Sequence record: SRR31156797_1896
DNA length: 64,000 bases
Reading direction: 5' to 3' (one strand)
Part shown: positions 57,871 through 64,000 of the stretch, piece by piece
How the letters are laid out: each line of letters opens with the position of its first letter
Position numbering within the stretch: position 1 is the first letter of the stretch
Made by a program: the position numbers and the translations under genes
Notes under the pieces: generated by a model
Told to the model about the DNA's origin: nothing
Database searches by the model: none
Seen by the model: the letters and a program-made list of their open reading frames with translations, nothing else

Positions 57871-59751
57871 ATGAGTAAAAAGTTAGTTCTTGTATTGTTC
57901 ATTTTTATTCCATTTTTTTCAATCGGACAATGTGAATTAACTAACCTTACTAGTAAAAGTCAAGTTCAAATTGATTTACCATCTTTTATTGTTCAAAAAA
58001 TTGAATATCAAATTGAAGTTGGAGGAATACCCAATGGAGAGTTTATTACAATAAAAACTCAAGGCAATGTCCATACTATCAAAATTGAAGATAGTTCCTT
58101 CAAATTTAAATTTGATCATTCAGCTTCTTATAAATTTGTTTACAAGAAATCAGAGATTAAGAAGGACGTTAAAGTAATGCCTCTATGGTATTCAATTATC
58201 CCACCATTATTGGCTATTTTGTTTGCAATGCTTTTTAAAGAAGTACTTACTGCACTGCTTATTGGTTTATTGAGTGGAACTGCTGCAATTTCTTTTTTTT
58301 CAGGAGTGGGGAATGCAATTGAATCAATTGGTGATGGACTTCTTGATATAATTGACAATCGTGTAATTCATACAATTGCCGATGCTGACCATGCTTCGGT
58401 GATGGTTTTTTCACTGCTTATTGGAGCTGTGGTACAAATCATTCGTAAAAATGGAGGTATGCGTGGATTAGTAGAGAGATTAGCCAGAAAAGTGGATACC
58501 AGAAAAAAGGGAATGTTTTTCACATGGCTGATGGGAATTATTATTTTCTTTGACGATTATGCTAATACTTTGGTAGTAGGAAATACGGTTAGACCTATAA
58601 CTGATAAATTGAAAATTTCCAGAGAAAAGCTGGCCTATATTGTGGACTCAACTGCTGCACCTGTAGCTTGCTTGGCATTCGTAACTACCTGGATAGGAGT
58701 GGAATTGAGTTATATACAGGAAGGTTTGGTGCAATTTCCTACCGAAATGAGTGCTTATCAGTTGTTTATGCATTCGCTTCCTTATAGATTGTACCCAATT
58801 TTTGCGCTGGTATTTATAATCATATTAATATCTCAGAAAAGAGATTTTGGCCCTATGTATAATGCTGAGGTTAATGCAAAAGAACTTGAATTGAAAGACG
58901 AAAGCAATGATAGTTCTGAAGAAGTAAAATCTTCTCATTGGATAAATGCTGTATTGCCAATTGCGATTATCATATTTGGAACCTTTGCCGGATTAATCTC
59001 GACAGGTTATGATACAGAAACCTGGTCAAATGAAAATATTTCCTTTATTCGAAAATTAAGTATTACCATTGGCGCATCAGATGCATTCAAAGCGTTATTA
59101 TGGTCATCAATGTTAGCTGTTCTGGTATCCTTTTTAATAAGTGTATTCAAACGGCTTCTGTCACTAAGGGAAGCTTCAGACGCTATTATTGACGGTTTCA
59201 GGGCAATGCTCAGTGCAATAGTAATTTTGATTTTAGCATGGTCACTAGCTTCAATTACACAAGATCTTCATACTGCTGAGTTTTTGGCTGGAATTTTATC
59301 GTCGTTGAAAGCATTGCCTGGATTATTACCAGCAATAACTTTCATCCTGGGAGCTTTAGTCGCTTTTTCAACGGGGTCATCCTGGGGTACTATGGCTATT
59401 CTGTATCCACTATTGATGCCTGTGACATGGAAAATAAGTGAGATGTCGGGAATGGAAATTGCTGATGCCAATAATCTTTTAGCACAAATGATTGCTGGAA
59501 TTCTTGCTGGTGCGGTGCTTGGAGATCATTGCAGTCCTATAAGTGATACAACAATTCTAAGTTCTCTAGCAAGTAGCTGTGATCACATAGAACATGTGAG
59601 AACACAAATGCCTTATGCCTTAACTGTTGGTGGAGTAGTCGTCGTTCTAGGTCTTGTTCCATTAATTTGGAATGTCCCCCTTTGGATAATTTATCCAGTT
59701 ATTTTAGGTGTATTATATTTGATTGTTCGAAAGTTCGGAAAATCTACTTAA
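57871..59751 (+). CDS. NhaC-family Na+/H+ antiporter-like transporter with an N-terminal soluble extension
   Basis: Motifs IFFDDYAN, SREKLAYIVDSTAAP, FSTGSSWGT, GDHCSPISDTT and HIEHVRTQMPYA. Confidence 0.92.
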   Translation: MSKKLVLVLFIFIPFFSIGQCELTNLTSKSQVQIDLPSFIVQKIEYQIEVGGIPNGEFITIKTQGNVHTIKIEDSSFKFKFDHSASYKFVYKKSEIKKDVKVMPLWYSIIPPLLAILFAMLFKEVLTALLIGLLSGTAAISFFSGVGNAIESIGDGLLDIIDNRVIHTIADADHASVMVFSLLIGAVVQIIRKNGGMRGLVERLARKVDTRKKGMFFTWLMGIIIFFDDYANTLVVGNTVRPITDKLKISREKLAYIVDSTAAPVACLAFVTTWIGVELSYIQEGLVQFPTEMSAYQLFMHSLPYRLYPIFALVFIIILISQKRDFGPMYNAEVNAKELELKDESNDSSEEVKSSHWINAVLPIAIIIFGTFAGLISTGYDTETWSNENISFIRKLSITIGASDAFKALLWSSMLAVLVSFLISVFKRLLSLREASDAIIDGFRAMLSAIVILILAWSLASITQDLHTAEFLAGILSSLKALPGLLPAITFILGALVAFSTGSSWGTMAILYPLLMPVTWKISEMSGMEIADANNLLAQMIAGILAGAVLGDHCSPISDTTILSSLASSCDHIEHVRTQMPYALTVGGVVVVLGLVPLIWNVPLWIIYPVILGVLYLIVRKFGKST

Positions 59752-59771
59752 AATGAACGATCGTTCATTTT
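59750..59771. promoter_or_regulatory. Perfect 22-bp palindrome, candidate operator
   Basis: AAAATGAACGA|TCGTTCATTTT. Confidence 0.6.
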
Positions 59772-59860
59772 TCTAAAAATATTCAAATTTTTTAATTGTT
59801 CTTTAATTAATTGAAAATGAGTGTTTAAAATACTTATTTTCATATTTATTCTAAAAATAA

Positions 59861-59920
59861 GTGACTGAACGTTTGGTCAATTTATTTTTTATTACTTAAT
59901 TTGACCGAACGTTCAGTCAA
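59861..59920. promoter_or_regulatory. Two palindromic operators upstream of the TetR gene
   Basis: GTGACTGAACGTTTGGTCAA (59861-59880) and TTGACCGAACGTTCAGTCAA (59901-59920), 18/20 identical in inverted orientation. Confidence 0.8.
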
Positions 59921-59931
59921 AATTATTTAAT

Positions 59932-60471
59932 ATGAAACCGAAAAAAGAAAAAATAATTGATACTGCGATTGCATTGTTTGCTGATAATGGCTTTCACAAT
60001 ACATCAATAAGTCAAATTGCCAACAAGGCAGGTGTATCAAAAGGGCTCATGTATAATTACTTTGAAAGCAAGGAGGATTTGTTGAAGTATATTTTTGATT
60101 TAGGAGCAGCAAAACTTTTAGAAAATTTCGATCCCAACAGGGATGGTGTATTGACAAAAGAAGAGTTTATTTTTTATATCGAGGATATATTTTATCAAAT
60201 GCAAAAAGACCGTAACTATTGGATGCTCTTTTTCAATATCGTAACCCAACCAGCCATTACGCAAATAGTGGCGGATCGAATGATGGAAATGGTTGGGCCA
60301 ATGATGAAAGAGTTGACAGATTATTTCAGAAACAAAGGATGTGAAGATCCGGAAGCAGAGGCAAGGTATTTTGTAGCTGTAATGGATGGTGTCGGAATGC
60401 ATTATTTACTAGATCAGGAAAACTATCCAATAAGGAGTGTTATCAAAAAGATCATTAAAGAATTCGTATAA
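59932..60471 (+). CDS. TetR/AcrR family regulator
   Basis: Helix-turn-helix LFADNGFHNTSISQIANKAGVSKGLMYNYFESKEDL. Confidence 0.95.
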   Translation: MKPKKEKIIDTAIALFADNGFHNTSISQIANKAGVSKGLMYNYFESKEDLLKYIFDLGAAKLLENFDPNRDGVLTKEEFIFYIEDIFYQMQKDRNYWMLFFNIVTQPAITQIVADRMMEMVGPMMKELTDYFRNKGCEDPEAEARYFVAVMDGVGMHYLLDQENYPIRSVIKKIIKEFV

Positions 60472-60488
60472 CCTTAAAACCCATAACT

Positions 60489-61253
60489 ATGAACTTAACT
60501 AATTTATCTCGCACCGTTTTAATACTGGGCTTTTTAATACTTCTAAGCCCGGTATTAGCACAAAGTGAAAATGCCACAGATATTGTGCGCAAATCTGACC
60601 AACTGATGCAGGGAGATTCCTACATCAGTACGATGACAATGAAAATTGTTCGTCCTTCATGGGATCGAACTATTACATTTAAAAGCTGGGGTAAAGGTAG
60701 AGAGCTTGCTCTTACCTATATCCAGGCCCCGGCAGCCGATAAAGGGCAAACATTTTTGAAAAGAAATAATGAAATGTGGACATGGAACCCTAAAATAAAT
60801 CGACTGATAAAGCTCCCACCCTCAATGCTTGCTCAAGGTTGGATGGGATCTGATTATTCAAATGATGATATTTTAAAAGAGTCCAGTATAGTTGTTGACT
60901 ATAACCATAAAATATTAAAAGAAGAGGTATATGAAGGGTTTGACTGTTGGGTAATTGAAATGATTCCAAAACAAGACGCTGCTGTGGTATGGGGTAAAGT
61001 AATTAGCTATATCGCAAAAGGGAAATACTTTCCAATGAAAGTTGAATACTACAGTGAAGATGGTGAGTTAGTAAAAAGTCACTTGAATTCAGAAGTGAAG
61101 AAAATGGATGATAGAGAAATTCCCACAAAAACCATCGTCCAGCCGGCTGATGATCCTGATAAGCAAACAATTGTAATCATTGATAGAATGGAGTTCAATA
61201 TGAATCTTCAGGATAAATTCTTTTCACAACAGAATATGAAACGTGTTCGATAA
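60489..61253 (+). CDS. LolA-like outer-membrane lipoprotein-sorting protein
   Basis: Signal peptide; APAADKGQTFLK…MW-x-W-x-P…WMGSDYSNDD; FFSQQNMKR. Confidence 0.88.
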   Translation: MNLTNLSRTVLILGFLILLSPVLAQSENATDIVRKSDQLMQGDSYISTMTMKIVRPSWDRTITFKSWGKGRELALTYIQAPAADKGQTFLKRNNEMWTWNPKINRLIKLPPSMLAQGWMGSDYSNDDILKESSIVVDYNHKILKEEVYEGFDCWVIEMIPKQDAAVVWGKVISYIAKGKYFPMKVEYYSEDGELVKSHLNSEVKKMDDREIPTKTIVQPADDPDKQTIVIIDRMEFNMNLQDKFFSQQNMKRVR

Positions 61254-61270
61254 TTTTAAAAGCTTAGATT

Positions 61271-62683
61271 ATGAAGAATTTTATAATGGCATGGCGCAAT
61301 ATCTGGCGTAATAAGCGAAGAACACTCATTACAATAGCTTCAATATTTTTTGCAGTATTCTTTGCAGTTATTATGAGGTCATTTCAATTAGGATCTTATG
61401 ATCACATGATACACCAGGCTATTGAGTCATTCACAGGATATGTGCAAATCCAAAATAAAGAATATTTCTATACCCCGGAACTAAATAACAGTTTTGAGTA
61501 TAGTAATGAATTAATAGAAACGGTTAATTCAACAGAGAATGTAGAAATTGCAGTACCCAGAGTTGAATCATTTGCATTAGCATCAAGTGGTGTGCAGTCA
61601 AAAGGTGTTTTACTTACTGGAATTGATATCGAAAAAGAGGCTGATCTATCAAATCCTGAGAATCGACTTGTAAAATACAGGCTCACTCCTGAAATAGTTC
61701 AGTCAATTATTGATACAACTGACTTGCCTGAGAAACAAGTTGAGTTGCTAAAAGCTAATGAGAAGAGCTCATATAGCTCACTTTCAAGAGTGTCGTTAGA
61801 TTTAGATTTAGATTCAGATCTTGAGGAACTACTCTTTCCTATAATAAAAGATAAAGCTTCATTTACTTCATATTACCTGAATAAAAATGATGATGGAATA
61901 TTAGTGTCTGATCGTTTAGCTCGCTATTTAAAAGTTGGAATAGGTGATACTGTTGTATTAATGGGAGCCGGCTATCATGGTTATAATGCAGCCGATGTAT
62001 TTCCTGTGAGGGGAATTGTAAAGCTGTTATCTCCCGATCTTGATAATAAATTGATATACATGACACTGCAGAAGTCGCAGGAGTTTTTCGGATTATCAAA
62101 TCGTATTACTTCGCTCAATATAAATTTAGACGATACTGATGATATGTTAGAAACACAGAAGGAGTTGCAGTCTAAAATTGGTGATGAATCATTCTCAGTT
62201 AAAAACTGGGAGGAGTTTAATCCGACTATGAAACAACAGATTGAAGGCGACAGTGTAGGAGGAGTGATTTTCATTGCAATACTATATTTTATCATTCTCT
62301 TTGGAATTATTGGTACTGTATTGATGATGATAGCAGAGCGTAAACGCGAGTTGGGTGTGATGGTTGCTATTGGAATGTCTAGATTTAAACTAAGTCTCAT
62401 TCTGATTTATGAGATGATTTTCATGGGATTAATAGGAACCATTTTAGGATTAATTGCATCAGCTCCTATTGTGTGGTTTGGTAACAAAAATCCAATTAAA
62501 CTTACTGGTGAGTTAGCAAAAATGATGGAGGATATGGGATTTGATCCCGTTATGCCATTAGCCTGGTTTGACCAGTATTTTCTATGGCAGGCATTCATTG
62601 TGATGTTAATGGTAATAATTGCGTGTTATATACCACTGCGAAGGGTAAGAAGAATGAGAGTTATTAAAGCATTACGTGCATAA
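61271..62683 (+). CDS. FtsX/LolE-like ABC transporter permease
   Basis: Motifs AWRNIWRNKRRTLIT, TGYVQI, KNWEE and ERKRELGVMVAIGM; C-terminal ALRA. Confidence 0.93.
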   Translation: MKNFIMAWRNIWRNKRRTLITIASIFFAVFFAVIMRSFQLGSYDHMIHQAIESFTGYVQIQNKEYFYTPELNNSFEYSNELIETVNSTENVEIAVPRVESFALASSGVQSKGVLLTGIDIEKEADLSNPENRLVKYRLTPEIVQSIIDTTDLPEKQVELLKANEKSSYSSLSRVSLDLDLDSDLEELLFPIIKDKASFTSYYLNKNDDGILVSDRLARYLKVGIGDTVVLMGAGYHGYNAADVFPVRGIVKLLSPDLDNKLIYMTLQKSQEFFGLSNRITSLNINLDDTDDMLETQKELQSKIGDESFSVKNWEEFNPTMKQQIEGDSVGGVIFIAILYFIILFGIIGTVLMMIAERKRELGVMVAIGMSRFKLSLILIYEMIFMGLIGTILGLIASAPIVWFGNKNPIKLTGELAKMMEDMGFDPVMPLAWFDQYFLWQAFIVMLMVIIACYIPLRRVRRMRVIKALRA

Positions 62684-62698
62684 TTAAATTAGAAGAAA

Positions 62699-64000
62699 AT
62701 GATTTGGAATATCGCATGGAAAAACGTTTGGCGCAATAAATCCAGAAGTCTGGTTGTAATTATAGCAGTTACGCTTGGAACTATTTCTGGAATTTTAGTC
62801 GCCGGTATTATGAAAGGCTGGGTCGATCAAAGAATCCACGCAGCAATTCATACAGAAGTATCGCATATAAAAATGCAGAACCCTTTGTATTTGAATAATG
62901 AAGAAATAAAATATACAATTCCTGAATATGAATCAATTGCAGATTATTTGGCCAAATCAGATGAGGTTAAAGAATGGACGAAGCATACTAAAATTGTTTC
63001 AATGGCCAGTACTTCTAGAGGGAATACCGCTTTAACACTAAAAGGTATTGATGTCGATGAGGAAATGAAGGTTTCAGATGTTTATACCCAAATAGTTGAC
63101 AATGCAGGGACCTATTTTAAGTCTAATTATAAAAATCCAATTGTAATAAGCGAAAAGACTGCTGATCAATTACGATTAATTAATTACAAAGTTACTGATG
63201 AACTAATTGATTCAATTAAAACTATTAATGCTCCTGAAGCCCTTATCACTAATCTTGAATCAATTAAAAATAAAAAGTTTTATACTGAAAAGAAGTTTAA
63301 AGCAATGCTCAAAGAGCATTTATCATCCAGTCAAATAGATGATTATGGAGCTGAAATAATGAAGTTGGCAAAAGATTATAGAGTTGGATCTAAAATCGTC
63401 TTCACTTTTACGGGCTTAGATGGAGAAATGTCTTATCAATCTTTTAAAGTATGTGGAATTTATAAAACGTCCAATACTATGTTTGATCAGATGAATGCTT
63501 TCGTAAAAAAGGAATCAATTGCTGATTTGGCTGGTTTTCAACCTGGTGATTATCATGAAATTAATATTATTTTAAATAATCCCGAAAACCTAGCAGAGTT
63601 TTATGATGATTTGAAAGCGGAATTTCCAGATGTAAGTGTCATGAGTTGGAAAGAGTTGGCTCCAGATGCCGGTATGATGGCTGACTTTATGGCAATTTAC
63701 TATTATATGATTATGGGAGTTATATTCTTTGCTTTAGCTTTTGGTATTATTAATACTATGCTTATGGCTGTACTTGAAAGAATAAAAGAGTTGGGTATGT
63801 TGATGGCAGTTGGTATGAATAAACGTCGTGTGTTTAGCATGATTATGCTTGAAACAATCTTTTTAACTATAGTAGGCAGTATCGCAGGAATGCTAATCGG
63901 AGGTTTGCTAATTGCAGTTTTTGGCCAGGTCGGGCTGAATTTTGCTTCCGTGCAGGAAGGCTTTGAAGCTTTTGGTTGGTCAGCTATAGTTTACCCAAAT
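62699..64000 (+). CDS. Second FtsX/LolE-like ABC permease, truncated by the window end
   Basis: Not in the ORF track. Read by hand as MIWNIAWKNVWRNKSRSLVV…MSWKELAP…INTMLMAVLERIKELGMLMAVGM. Confidence 0.92.
   Translation, partial: MIWNIAWKNVWRNKSRSLVVIIAVTLGTISGILVAGIMKGWVDQRIHAAIHTEVSHIKMQNPLYLNNEEIKYTIPEYESIADYLAKSDEVKEWTKHTKIVSMASTSRGNTALTLKGIDVDEEMKVSDVYTQIVDNAGTYFKSNYKNPIVISEKTADQLRLINYKVTDELIDSIKTINAPEALITNLESIKNKKFYTEKKFKAMLKEHLSSSQIDDYGAEIMKLAKDYRVGSKIVFTFTGLDGEMSYQSFKVCGIYKTSNTMFDQMNAFVKKESIADLAGFQPGDYHEINIILNNPENLAEFYDDLKAEFPDVSVMSWKELAPDAGMMADFMAIYYYMIMGVIFFALAFGIINTMLMAVLERIKELGMLMAVGMNKRRVFSMIMLETIFLTIVGSIAGMLIGGLLIAVFGQVGLNFASVQEGFEAFGWSAIVYPN

Noticed and set aside
3262-62598. 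Remaining short ORFs in the track nested in or antisense to long genes (e.g. 3262-3654, 8092-8451, 16644-16973, 35453-35827, 61981-62400)
   Set aside because: They overlap well-supported genes and have no motifs or independent expression signals.

Overview
An AT-rich bacterial chromosome segment from a Bacteroidota member, probably Bacteroidales/Marinilabiliales-like. This is inferred from TAnnTTTG promoter boxes, T9SS cargo proteins, a FeoA-FeoB fusion and the rpmH-PASTA-RluA-ddl block. Most of it is housekeeping and envelope genes: hisS, hutH, purKE, rpmH, mqnE, ddl, feoAB, wza/wzc, an SNF2 ATPase, S8/M16/S41/C40 peptidases, a TonB-receptor/DUF4249 operon and a TetR-LolA-like-ABC permease operon. 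Three genes are missing from the ORF track: an S8 peptidase running off the left edge, rpmH, and a second ABC permease running off the right edge. No tRNA, rRNA, CRISPR array, transposase or integrase was seen. The most interesting items are: (1) three consecutive secreted LPP20/FlgP- and FlgT-N/DUF4384-like proteins in a phylum that generally lacks flagella (47.2-50.2 kb); (2) a tiny PID-CTERM-like sorting-signal protein paired with a T9SS cargo gene and a PP2C phosphatase, divergent from a stand-alone wza-wzc pair (50.2-57.9 kb); (3) a roughly 2 kb fragment truncated at both ends that carries an orphan RHS C-terminal toxin, a membrane immunity gene and REP-like elements (32.0-34.15 kb); (4) a related ~65-aa module inserted at different positions in two adjacent ABC permeases. 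Family assignments come from motif recognition by eye; no database searches were run.
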